NCBI GenBank assembly: GCA_965285935.1
Contig: OZ260663.1
Location: 81,282,001-81,346,000 of the forward strand
DNA: 64,000 nucleotides
Direction: 5' to 3'
Source of the DNA: Ophelia neglecta
Taxonomy: Eukaryota
A program made the position numbers and the translations under genes. Of the stretch, positions 25,056 to 36,213 are shown piece after piece; within the stretch, counting starts at the first letter, position 1; each line of letters begins with the position of its first letter. The notes beneath the pieces are model-generated. The model was not told the origin of the DNA, did not search any database, and saw only the letters and a list, made by a program, of their open reading frames with translations.

Positions 25056-25532
25056 GAGGAAGGTTGTGTGAGAGGAAAGGTTGTGTGAGAGGAAAGGTTG
25101 TGTGAGAGGAAAGGTTGTGTGAGAGGAAGAGGAAAGGTTGTGTGAGAGGAAAGGTTGTGTGAGAGGAAAGGTTGAGTGAGAGGAAAGGTTGAGTGAAGTG
25201 AGAGGAAAGGTTGTGTGAGACGAAAAGTTGTGTGAGAGGAAAGGTTGTGTGAGACGAAAGGTTGTGTGATAGGAAAGGTTGTGTGAGAGGAAATGTTGTG
25301 TGAGAGGAAGTGTTGTGTGAGAGGAAAGGTTGTGTGATAGTTGAGAGGAAAGGTTGTGTGAGAGGAAAGATTGTGTGAGAGGAAAGATTGTGTGATAGTT
25401 GAGAGGAAAGGTTGTGTGAGAGGAAAGGTTGTGTGATAGTTGAGAGGAAAGGTTGTGTGAGAGGAAAGATTGTGTGAGAGGAAAGATTGTGTGATAGTTG
25501 AGAGGAAAGGTTGTGTGAGAGGAAAGGTTGTA
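25056..25532 (+). repeat. 17-bp minisatellite, about 27 copies (gaggaaaggttgtgtga)
   Basis: Directly visible tandem array with occasional tagtt insertions. Confidence 0.95.
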
Positions 25533-28243
25533 TCCATGCAACAGTAGTGGATCTATGACAGATTAGAGTAAGAGTTTAGTAGAAAAGAGTGAATGGCTTA
25601 ATAGTTAAAACTACAGAACTGTGGTAACAAAGGTGGTTCTATTGACGCTGTCTTGAGGTGGGGCACAGTGCTTCCTAGGAAGGGTTGACTATGGCAAGGA
25701 GAAGGGTGACCTGATGGTAGGAGAAGTGGAATTGTGGTGGGGAAAAATGTCTGTATGGTGGGGAAAAAGTGGTTCTGTGGTTGTAAGGGCGACCCGTCTT
25801 TACATGTAGTGTGGGGTGGTTCTGGGGCTGGGGAGGGAGTTTCTGGGTGGAGAAGGGTGCTCATTGGCCTTGTAGCGTTCCTACCCTCTCCAGTATGCAA
25901 CAGCTTGTACATGTATGTGGAAATTCTAGGACTTGTTACAAAAACAAATCTCGCTAGTCATGTTGTTATAAACAGATGCATGAAATGTTATAGCAGATCA
26001 ATTGGTACTTTCCCACACGTCTTTTAATATAAATGAGCTTGTACTTTTATCAGCAACGATAAAAGCAGTTTCCATTTCCGCGAGAGGAGTAATCAGCGAG
26101 TTTGAGGGGAATGCTGGATTTTTTGCCATGTCGACATCATCGGCATAATCTGTCAGAGCTGGCAGAGGACTGAGTGCAGTCAATTATGTGTAGGTTGTGT
26201 GTGATAACCCCTCGCTGGCAGATATCAGGGGGGTAGGCAAGGTGATAACCCCCCTCTCAGGCACCCCCACCCCTCCAATGTCAGGGCTGAAATCATCAAT
26301 AGGGGAGGCATGCGATACCCCGGTCTATCAACTATCACCATTATCTAGACAGTTGAAAAACACACTTTAAGCAAATTGATATTTCTAATACCATAGGTTT
26401 CTTAGATAGTTTATATGTTCAAATTAATCATATCTCTGTTTTATTTCTTCTCTGATCACTATTTATTTTCCACTTTTTTCAACCAACGTTGGTGCCTCTG
26501 TTCTGTGTCTTAGCCGAGCGGCTTGAGCAGTTTTGGCAAATTGTCATAGATTGATCATGTTTTGGTTGTAACAGAGAGCATGTGAATATGTGGAGCTGAT
26601 TGTAGCCTAAGTGGTTGTACCAAGTGATGTCGCTCTCCAACCCAACTGAATCCAAAAATCAGTGGTGATACAACCTCCACAGTGTGCTTATAAATCACAC
26701 AAATGACTCGTCTGGCTCTCAGAATAAGGCTGCTACAATACCAGATAATCTTACCTGTTGCTGACTTAGATTGCTATTTCATTGACCTGTTGACATCCAA
26801 TATATCAGGTTGCTCCCATGCAGCCGTCTGCTCAACAATGCAGAGCGAGTGACTCATGCAAAATGCATAGGTAGGTTTGACAAGCCACATCTCGTGGAGA
26901 TCATCTATATTAAATCTCTGGTTCACACCTGACTAATGGGGTTACCAATTAATACAGCTACCCTCGGAGGCCTCACATTTAGACGCCATACCTCTGGATC
27001 ACCTGGGGTTTGTAGCTAGTGTTGGTGGTAGCCGCCTGGTGGTAGCCGCCTGGCTGTTAATTCCAGCCTTGGTAAGAGTGAGATTATCTCATTTGCTATG
27101 CCCCCCACTAGGTGTAATTATTATTGCACTGTGTGCGTTCCTTAGCCACTAGCCATACCAGCACCCATAAGACACCTCTAGAGGCGGTCTCCTGCCATAT
27201 CCATCAAGATTGTATTATCATGAAAGCTTAAATCTGTTTTACCCAGGGCTACTTGCAGCAGAACATGTGTTAATGCACCAATAAATGATGTACTTTACAC
27301 ATGTATGCTTTGATTTCTGTTGTAGTCTCCATTGTGGGAGCCGTAGGCCCTGCAAGGCCCTGCAATTCCATTTACAAGACTGTAGCTGCCAGTCATATGA
27401 GTTTTGTGGGGCGGCGGAGGCATGTTTCTATGTTGTAACTCTTGTTTTCCGTGTTCCACAGATCAATATGGCCTTCTCCGATACCAGATTTATTACGCTT
27501 TTGTCATTAATGGTTATTTACCCCATGAAAACTGATGATTAACTTTTGATTCATTTGGTGATCTTCGGCCTTTGTTCTGGGCTGTGTTTTAGTGTGGGGA
27601 GCTACAATAGGACATTCAGCAGGGACCACTTGTCTAACTGGGCTATCATCAGAACAATAGAGCATCAACATGCCAACCCCACATTACTTAGTACACCTCA
27701 TGCAAAATGCTCCACTCTCGGTCTGGGGAGCTTCGTGGCCAGCTCAGGCTATGATTTAATTACACCACTGCACGAGAGGAACAAATCTTGTGGCGGTCTC
27801 TATTGCTGTAATCAGGGAGCCCTTCTGGCTCCTGATGACAGGTCAAGAGCACATTTGATGGACCTACTATCAGGCCAACCATTGAAGCTCCAATCTTAAA
27901 AGAAACAAAACAATTTGGAACAAAATAGTTTTGCTGATTAAGCTAGTCTATGTATAATGTATTATCATGGCCATTGCCAATAGCTAATGAACTTGGCCCA
28001 CATCATAAGGTAGAGGTGAGTTTCTATAGAAGGTGATTAGACGTAAGGTTCCGTTTTTTACCGCCAATCATGGACCTCCTTCCTCATCCACCTGTGACCT
28101 GATTACACAGAGGTGGCCTGTTAACATAGCTCTGTCATGTTGTGTCAGCCTAGTCTAAAAGGCCCACTCATATACCACAGGCATGCATTAATGTAAGATC
28201 ATTCTGCTGGGTGTCTGATATATATCACATGATTCTTTTGTAG

Positions 28244-28338
28244 GCTCACTTGGACAATGACCTGATGCCACCTCCACGAGAAGTCCCTCGGAGGAAACGC
28301 AGAAACAAGAAGGGCGTAGACGACAAGGAGAACTATAG
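28244..28338 (+). CDS. Sowah: Sowah exon: AHLDNDLMPPPREVPRRKRRNKKGVDDKENY; read-through form would continue RYTSTDI* to 28360
   Basis: Acceptor gattcttttgtag| in phase 0 matches the previous exon. LMPPP followed by a basic cluster resembles the C-terminal motif I recall from invertebrate Sowah proteins. Donor ag|gtatac at 28339, phase 2. Confidence 0.8.
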
Positions 28339-28349
28339 GTATACAAGCA

Positions 28350-28363
28350 CTGACATCTAGTGG
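28350..28363 (-). promoter_or_regulatory. CTCF-like motif CCACTAGATGTCAG
   Basis: One deviation from the core consensus, with good flanks (TTG-CCACTAGATGTCAG-TG). Motif match only. Confidence 0.4.
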
Positions 28364-28559
28364 CAACTTTTGTCATCATTTTAATTGTATTGAGTGATCA
28401 ATGCTAATTAAATCAATATCATTCTATTGCCTGTAGTTAATACATGTGTGTCCATTCCATGGTGGTTTATTCATTATTTTTTTCTTTCATCAACGTCTGC
28501 TCTTTAACTCCAAGCAATTGAGCACTTTTATAAATACTTCACTCCCAAGTAAAATACCC

Positions 28560-29000
28560 TTATGTTGGTTTTCACCCATACCATTGTTCAAACCCATTTC
28601 TTAAGTGTCCTCCATTCTTCTGAGTTCTGTTCCATTACGTACCATTGCCCCTACTTCCTACTCCTATCTCGTTTTACACATTGCATTCCTTCATATATAC
28701 TTTCTTACTGTCTTCTGTTCACACATGATTCCTATCAATTCCATTCTTTATTTGTTATTTTCCTTTCAAATCCATTGCCTGTTTCTCCTTTTTACTGTAC
28801 ATTTCATTTGTATCATTCACACATTTCATTGTTTTTGTCATGCATTCTTTTGAGTTCTGTTCCCATCCAGCCCACACTATTTTTATCCATTCTTTTGGAG
28901 TTTTTTCCTTTCAAATCCATACTATTTGTTATTCATTCTTTTGAGTTGTGTTTCCGCCAGTACCATTGCCTATACCTCTCTCTTGTTGTAACTCATTCCA
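28560..29000 (+). repeat. Degenerate pyrimidine-rich repeat (cattcttttgagtt / ttcaaatccat / taccattgcc units)
   Basis: cattctt(t)tgagtt recurs at about 28613, 28843, 28888 and 28934. It accounts for the low-complexity ORFs at 28562-29098. Confidence 0.65.
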
Positions 29001-29269
29001 CGGATCTCTCAGTTTCATGTACACAAGCCAACATTGTTGGCACTTTGTATGCTAATGGAGACCAGTTGCCAAACATATTTTGGCACCTTGGTTTCTAATC
29101 TATAGTTGTCATTGGTGACCTGTGGCTCCTTACAGAACTTAAACAGCTATGTAGGCCACTCCTTAGCTAAATTATTATCATAATATGTAAGACTATACAT
29201 GTAGAATTATAAAAGAAGTGTATATATAGGGGAATCAAATAAATCTACAGTACTTTCATTGCTTTTTCA

Positions 29270-31600
29270 GGGGATGTTTTTCATTTTCTGTTGGCGCGGT
29301 TCAGTCTCATAAGATTTAATTCTTTGGTAAAGCCTCTCAGCTGGGCGTTGTCCTCTTGTCCTCAGCTAACAACCCTCTGTCAATGTAGGTTTTATTGACA
29401 AAGGGTCTTTAAAACTGAAAAAAAAACCACCCTGTATGTTTGAGAGTATTGTCAGATAAGATTTTTTTGGCTGGTACAAGCGGCCTTGCCAGACTCCATG
29501 CCAATCTAAGCCAGTCTCTGATAATGAAACTTTGATTAAAGACGGATTGTCAACTTTGCCAACAAAACTTAGAATCGTTAAGCTGTGTTCTTGATGCCAC
29601 GGACATCAGTTTGCTGTGGAGAACAAAGAATGGAGGGTGAACCCGTGCCAAAATCCGTCACCGCCTCGCTGATGGCCCATTACTTACCCAGTGCTGGCAA
29701 TAGAATCCAGAACAACACCGTCTTTGTTTTATTAAATTAACCTTGCTACTCATTGATAAGATCTGGATAATGCCATAGACAACTTAGACTGCAATCTGTG
29801 ATTATTACCCACACCGGAGTACATGTTGGGGTCCATTTTGTCCAGGTGTGGTGACTGGTGTTGGGGACCATCTGGCAGTGGACTTCGCTCGCTCGCTTGC
29901 ACCTGACTCGAGAGCAGCGTGTAAAGATTGTTGATGGACAGCCAATGTCGTCGTTAACCGGATGATAGAGTGAGCTCGCTGATTGTCAATGGTAATAAGA
30001 ACCAAATTAATTCTGATTGCCAACAATCAAGAAGGAAATCCTTATCTCGCATGACTCCTAGCTGTGCATAGGCCAGCGCGGTCTGCTGGTTCTCTAATAT
30101 TTTAATCTTTAATCACCACCTTGCAGGTATCTAAATGACTTGGGATTCCTGAATTTTTAAAATTTTAATCAAGCTAGAACAGTCGTGGCACGAGCCGGCA
30201 GGGAGTGTATGGCATGCTTAGGGAGTGTAAGACACTCTTGATATATGGTGTTTGGGCCATTACACCGCGGTCACATGCAAACATGCATGAAACTCTCAAT
30301 TAAACATGGCAAGAACGCTGGCAAAACTTGACATATTAACCTTAATGGCTGCTTCAAACATGGGCAGTTTAATTTTAACCGGTGTGATTTGGCAAGTTAA
30401 TTTAATTAGAGTTGACCTCAGCACACTATCAGATGTATGGCCATACCGGATGGTGCTTTCAATTATTAAGCCTCTGTCTACCAAGAAGATGCAGTGCCCG
30501 ATCAGCAAGGGGTGAAGGTATACAAGAAGACGCCAATAGAGAGAACGAGATTGGGAAAAGCTCAACATGCAAGCCAGTCTGTGTTTGGTGTATCAGCCTC
30601 GACAGGCTGCGGGCTCTGGGGCCATGTTTCTGCCCGCAACATTGCTTTGTAAATTACTTTGGTTCCTTGCTTGCTCTGGTTTTTTTCTCTTCAGTGACCT
30701 CAGCCAACAATTCTTTCTCCTCTGTGACCAATTTCTGCCTGCGCCAAACAAAGAATTATGGGGTGCGAATATATGTGTAGCAGGAAGTTTTTTAGCACTT
30801 CTCCACAAACTGTTATTTTGCTCTGACACCACCGCAGGCTTGGTTTACACCTTTTACTCAAGGGACAAGATTTGACCTACTTTCTATTGGCTACTTATGC
30901 TTTTGGCAGTCTTCTATTAGGACATTGGTATAATTTTATAGACTAGAGGGTTCTAGACTAATCGATTCCGTTTTCAGCACTCTTTCCTTCCTGGTGGAGG
31001 AATTGGCTACCACTGGGTCACTTGGCTATACTGTCCTACTTAAATGTGTGGTAATTGCCTCTTTTCTCAGCATTGACATGCTGGTGCCAGAGCCGGCAGA
31101 AGTGAGCCATATGAGCTGGCAGTATCTGCTCCAAGGGCCTGCCCAGCCCTGCTCGGATGTATCCCATGCTCTCCTGGGCCCATTCTTATCATTGCTGTTG
31201 GTGGGCATATCTACTGCCTGTTTACATCTTAAATCTACATATAAATCTCTGTTCAAACAAATAGGCTGGGTCCTGTCAGAGCGCTGTACCACCAATCGTG
31301 GCCTGTCAGACAAGACAGACCGGGCCAACCAGCCCAGACTTACTCCCACATATGTAATACATAATTAACTGTCTTCTTTAATTATCGGCGCTGTGGGGAG
31401 TCGGGGGATGTAAACCGCATGTTTCTAGATATGTGTGCTTATGGTGCTTGTAATGTTGGGGGCAGTCTCTGCCATGCGGCCATCCCCTCCCATCTGACAC
31501 TGTCAAACTATACAGCAGCCATCAGGAATTATAACAGAATTATAATACCAGCTCCAAGCTGTACGAGTCTCCAACAGCTGACATATTGTGTATGTATACC
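29270..31600. promoter_or_regulatory. Putative enhancer/CNE cluster in the last Sowah intron
   Basis: Very dense TAAT/TTAATT sites at 30295-30470, plus TGTCA and ATTGT sites. Confidence 0.4.
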
Positions 31601-33501
31601 AGACGTGTATTTGTGACACTTTTCAAATCACCTACAGTCCAGTTTTATCTGTTGCTAGGGTTCCTGCCTGGTGTGGTGGCACGTAATTAATAATAGAAAA
31701 TCTAGCCCAGAATGCTCTCGTCGAATTGAAACACATGTCGCTTGGTTTTGCGCTGCTGAATTTATCTTAGAGAGAAGTATCTGTTTTAGAAGCTTTTTAT
31801 GTGTGCATAAAAAAAGTGTTTTAGGAAATGTTTTGTCTTATGTCTAGGCTTACTCACATGACACTAGGGTGTCATTTTCTAAGAGCGTGACTCAGCATTT
31901 TGGGATTTTAACCCCACCTTTCAGGTACGGATTTAGAAAAAGATCGGGCGTCTGTTCATGGGAAGGAAAAGTGTGAGGAGGGAGGCTGTATGCACCAACA
32001 CACCCTCCCAGAAGTCCTAGCCTGATTTTTCGAACTAAGGGTAGATGTGGGTGCCTATCCAAAAAAAGCCCCCCCCCCCCTCCCCTCCGTCCCCCCGAAA
32101 CCCCACATTAAACCGCCTCTGCCTTTGTTTAAGTGTGTTATCAATCCTGTTTTGTATCAGCGTTCGGCGGGAAAGGAGCAGCCGACACAGAGATTTCCCC
32201 TGACCCCGCTCTCTGATCCTTCTGTCGAGACACAGCCTGCCGTTTGTTTCGCTTCCTCAGTTCTTGGCTGATGCTATATCGATTTGTAAGATGCCATCTT
32301 ATCTTCGTGCTTATCAGATGAATAATATTTGTCGTAAGTAGCGATTTCGCTATCACACTCGACTGTCACTGGCTGTTTGTTGATTAAGTTAACTTGTCGC
32401 GGTACATATGTCAGACATATGCTTGCTGCTGGCAGAACACGGCAGCCGGAGTGTTATGCAAGCGAGGAGATAATCTACACTGATCCGGCTGATGGAGAAG
32501 ATGTGGCGTGGGGCTGTGTCGGCTGGCAGGCGGAATGTGACGGCGGGGAGTGTAACGAGTCGGGGCGGGGAGAGGCTGGCTGCTCCCGAGGAGAGTCACT
32601 CAGGGGTAGAATTCCCCGGGATGATAGTGTCAATCTGGCCGACAGGGAGAGTGGCTTATCGGGCCTAACGGTATCAGGTCCTGTCGACCCTCTCCATAGG
32701 CCCCGCCCCTCGGCGACCCCACGGAGCATTCCCCTCATACCGGCTGGACCAGGCCCCGAGGAGTCGGAATATTCGCCAGATTACAACTCTCCTGATAAAA
32801 ACCTGCACATTAGCCTATCATTGGTGATGATACTCGGAGGCTGGGCTGTTATGTTGCAGATGATGGGCAGGGCTTATGACTGGAGTTTGTCGGCCCCACT
32901 GCCCTATGTAGAAGGGGGGCGGTTAGGCCGACCTCTTGCCCTCCCCGTCTTCGCCCCTTGTACACCCAGCGCCAGACATGTGTTTTCACCGGACTCGAGC
33001 GGCGATGCTGTCCGATGAAAGCTGCGCCCCTCTTCCACCACCCGACAGCTGTTCACTTGCGAATGTATCGCATCAAAGTTCTGATTAATTCGGCCCATCT
33101 CGCTCAGTGCATGACTCGCATGCTGAGTCGGGTTGTCAGCGCTTGGACGTTTTCCCAGAGTCGTCTGCCCGAACTCAATACGAGAAGAAGGAGCGACTTC
33201 TGTCAGTGTTTCAGCAGGCAGTTTTACAACTTCATCCCGTCCCAGACAATCCCGGGCCAACACCTCACTAACACCTCGTAACGTGCTATCGTCGAAATAT
33301 CATCTGAGATATGAATGGCCTCACAACATTCCTGTCCGCTATTTAAGATAACTCCGTGACCGTAAACCGACCTTACTGCCAGCATCCTTCTTTACCTGCC
33401 GTCTATAGCCTGCTCTGACTACGGTATCTCTGAAATATTGTTGTACAAGATCGGCGGTGATCTCAATTCCTCACTGAAGCACAGTACTTGTAAACACCAG
33501 T

Positions 33502-34087
33502 TGGCGGATGTATATAGTGTATGATGTTAGAAAACAGGGGGTCCGCGGTCGTGGTGAGGGTATTGAGGAAGAGCAGCATCCCGGACCCCCTTACTCGTAT
33601 AGGACCCTTTGAGGAGAGGGTACTACCAGACAAGCCCCGTGGAGTAGAGCCTACTCCCAGACATTGAGACAAGAGACCCTCCTTCCAGACACTCCCCTCG
33701 AAAGAGAGGCTTCTCTCAGACACTCAAACCCTCCTTGGAGGAGAGCCTCCCCCAAGACCTAAAGAACCCCTAGACCCCCCCCCCCCCCACCCTTTCCCCT
33801 ATTGTGGCAGAGCCTTCCCCGAAACCCCAGCCCGCCCCCTGGAAGGAGAGCATGCTCCCAGAACCTCCCTAAGAGGGTGAGTCCCCTCCCAGACCATCAC
33901 CCTGGGAGAAGGCTCCACGCCACACCCTCTAATACCCCCACACGCTACTCTAGGGAGGGGGAATTTCTTCCCAGACCCCTGACCCTCCTCTAGGAGAAAG
34001 CACATAGCGCCCCACACCTTTATTTAAGAAAGTAGGGAGGTAATGACCCTGCCCCCCCCCCCCCCCCTCTCCCTTCTGAATCCGCCA
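33502..34087. mobile_element. Decayed MITE-like insertion with internal degenerate ctcccaga repeats
   Basis: Perfect 8-bp inverted termini TGGCGGAT and ATCCGCCA, a poly-C run before the 3' end, and internal C-rich repeats. Confidence 0.55.
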
Positions 34088-34395
34088 GCGCAACCTCATC
34101 GACGATTGAAAATATAGATCTGGCGTCCGTATACCGGAAGTCTACCGTAAAGTTGTTTCACTTCTTTTCAGTTCCAACCTATCATCACCGCCAGATTTAT
34201 CTTGTCATAAAAACTTCGGCAACATCACCGCAAACAGCGCAATATCAGCGAGGTGATGAATGCCAGTTGGCTTATTAAACGGGCCAGTGATATGTTTGCT
34301 AGTAAACATGAGTCACAGTAGTATGTTTTCCGAGCCTCTTCCTATTCTAATTTTGTTAAACCTGATATTCATCGTTATTTGTATTTATTTGCCAG

Positions 34396-34480
34396 TGATT
34401 CTGAGATAGCACGAGCCGGGTCGGAGCCAGAACTCTCCAGACTGCCCCCACAAGACTTCCTCAGAGACACCAGTGTGTAG
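34396..34480 (+). CDS. Sowah: Sowah probable terminal coding exon: (S)DSEIARAGSEPELSRLPPQDFLRDTSV*
   Basis: Acceptor tttgtatttatttgccag| in phase 2 matches the 28338 donor. Open to TAG 34478-34480, followed by AT-rich UTR-like sequence and AATAAA. Confidence 0.7.
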
Positions 34481-34660
34481 AGCTATACACCATATAGGCT
34501 CTATTTGATTCTGATGGGGAGCTGAATTAGAGCATCTCAAGTTGAGCAAAACTAGAATCTATACCAAAAGAGCCCAGTCCTCAGTCAAACAACTTACTAT
34601 TTTGAGATATTCATCTAACATTTGAGTAATCTATACTTGTCTATGATTTTATATGTATAT

Positions 34661-34666
34661 AATAAA
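34661..34666 (+). terminator. Candidate polyadenylation signal for Sowah
   Basis: First AATAAA after the 34480 stop, about 180 nt downstream. A further AATAAA near 35484 is an alternative. Confidence 0.45.
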
Positions 34667-36175
34667 GATAGTTGACCACTTCATCAGTTAACATGGCTTA
34701 TTATTTGTAAAAGATGGGTACAATCTGTTAGGATGAAATTATACAATGCTCTTTCTTGTTAGAATGACTCATTGGAGCATGTTTGTACACGACGGTATTC
34801 AAACTGTACATTCATACGACGGTTATAGGCCTATTTATTATATGCATATACTGTAATTATATGAATATGAATATGTATAAGCCTATATCTACATGCACGA
34901 GTCAGTTGTGGTATCGCTGACCCTCTGGTGCTAATATAAGTCTACCTCGGGGGAGTGCGATGAGGTTGTCTCCTTCCAGGGAAGGTCTTTGGGCTGATCC
35001 CTTAGACCCCCTCTGGCAGGAGACACCCAGAGCCCCCAATCACAATGACAGCATGCACCCAAAAGGTACATTTTGTTTTAGAAGTGCTCTATATGTCAGG
35101 GCTATATGTCATACTCAATTGAACTGCCCCTATATATGAAAATAATGTCAAAAGACACTTTAAACATAATGAGAGCAAATGGGATTAAGCACATGGCGCT
35201 ATTAAGCATGTGACATTTTGTTAAGAGGTACATTAGTCTAAAACGCTTAAGATAATTTACATTATAACTGAAGGTTAAGTGACTGTGTGTAAAATACATA
35301 CAACCTTAACTAGCTCAACATGAAAGAAATAAGTTGACAAGTGGAACGTAGTTGAAATTGTAAGATTACCGCTGAACAAAGTAACTGCCAATGAAGCATT
35401 ATGTACACATATCTCGTGACGGTTACTCTTCGGTACTAGTGTATTAATTGTAAACAATCATGTAAAGATGTTTTAGCTGTGTAAATAAACACTATACAAT
35501 GGACAAATTGTGAGCACTGCTTGTCCTATTGTTCTACTTTTTGACTTGAAAGGGAAGCAAACATTTTAAATGCTACTTGAAGTAAAATCAGATGTTATTC
35601 AATGACGTGGATGCTCACTTGATTATAACCTGAGTGATTGTAGAAATAATTTATTTTTTTAATTGCGCCCCCGAAAACAATGCTGTGCTAAACAATGATT
35701 CACGAGACTAGAGGCGAGAACAAAAGGCTGTCGATGGGTGATGGGACGAGTAAGTCAGGAGACTTTGATGAGATGTACTCCCTAGAGGCCCTTTGTGGTG
35801 AAATTGTGTATAAATATTGGAGGTTTATGTGACACGTATCTCCTTGAAGTTTTTTCCCGTGATTTAGGCCTACCCGGCAAAGAAATTGTAACCCTCCTCC
35901 GGTTGGTTAGCCGTAATATATGTAAATCTACTATAATCAGAGGAGGCAGTTGCTGTTGCTTAGTTTGACGTCTTTAGATAATACATTTTTGTAACGTCAC
36001 GGGCATTGTAAGAAAAATTAAGTTAGTATGCCTAAGGGACGGTATGACTAAAAGATTATCACATTTTTGTGTCATCTTATTTCCACTCCGAGACTAGCGT
36101 CCTATTGTAGCCTAGGCCTATAGGTCAAACAACTATATGGCTACTCTTGTTGGTTGCTTGACCTGACCATAAACA

Positions 36176-36179
<4 letters not shown>

Positions 36180-36211
<32 letters not shown>
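36180..36211. repeat. (TA)n microsatellite
   Basis: About 16 TA units. A shorter one lies at about 43323-43340. Confidence 0.95.

Positions 36212-36213
<2 letters not shown>

Noticed and set aside
21921-25532. Possible CRISPR-like array
   Set aside because: Units are head-to-tail with no unique spacers, there are no cas genes, and the context is eukaryotic.
21373-25541. Long ORFs of 161-770 aa (PFPAKPFSHT..., TREGWFCVIGK..., HNLSSHTTFPLTQ...)
   Set aside because: They are translations of stop-free minisatellite strands, open in several frames at once, and lie inside a Sowah intron.
27462-27542. Strong acceptor (ttttccgtgttccacag) giving INMAFSDTRF...KTDD* in phase 0
   Set aside because: No convincing donor and no Sowah-like motif. 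The 28244 exon fits better. It cannot be fully excluded as a minor terminal exon.
8270-29205. Abundant ACATGT as Irx autoregulatory sites
   Set aside because: They occur mostly as TACATGTA in AT-rich filler rather than in the enhancer-like blocks, and this word is commonly over-represented in some invertebrate genomes.
32377-33281. 213-aa and neighbouring ORFs
   Set aside because: No recognisable domain and non-ATG starts. Such ORFs are expected by chance in GC-rich sequence.
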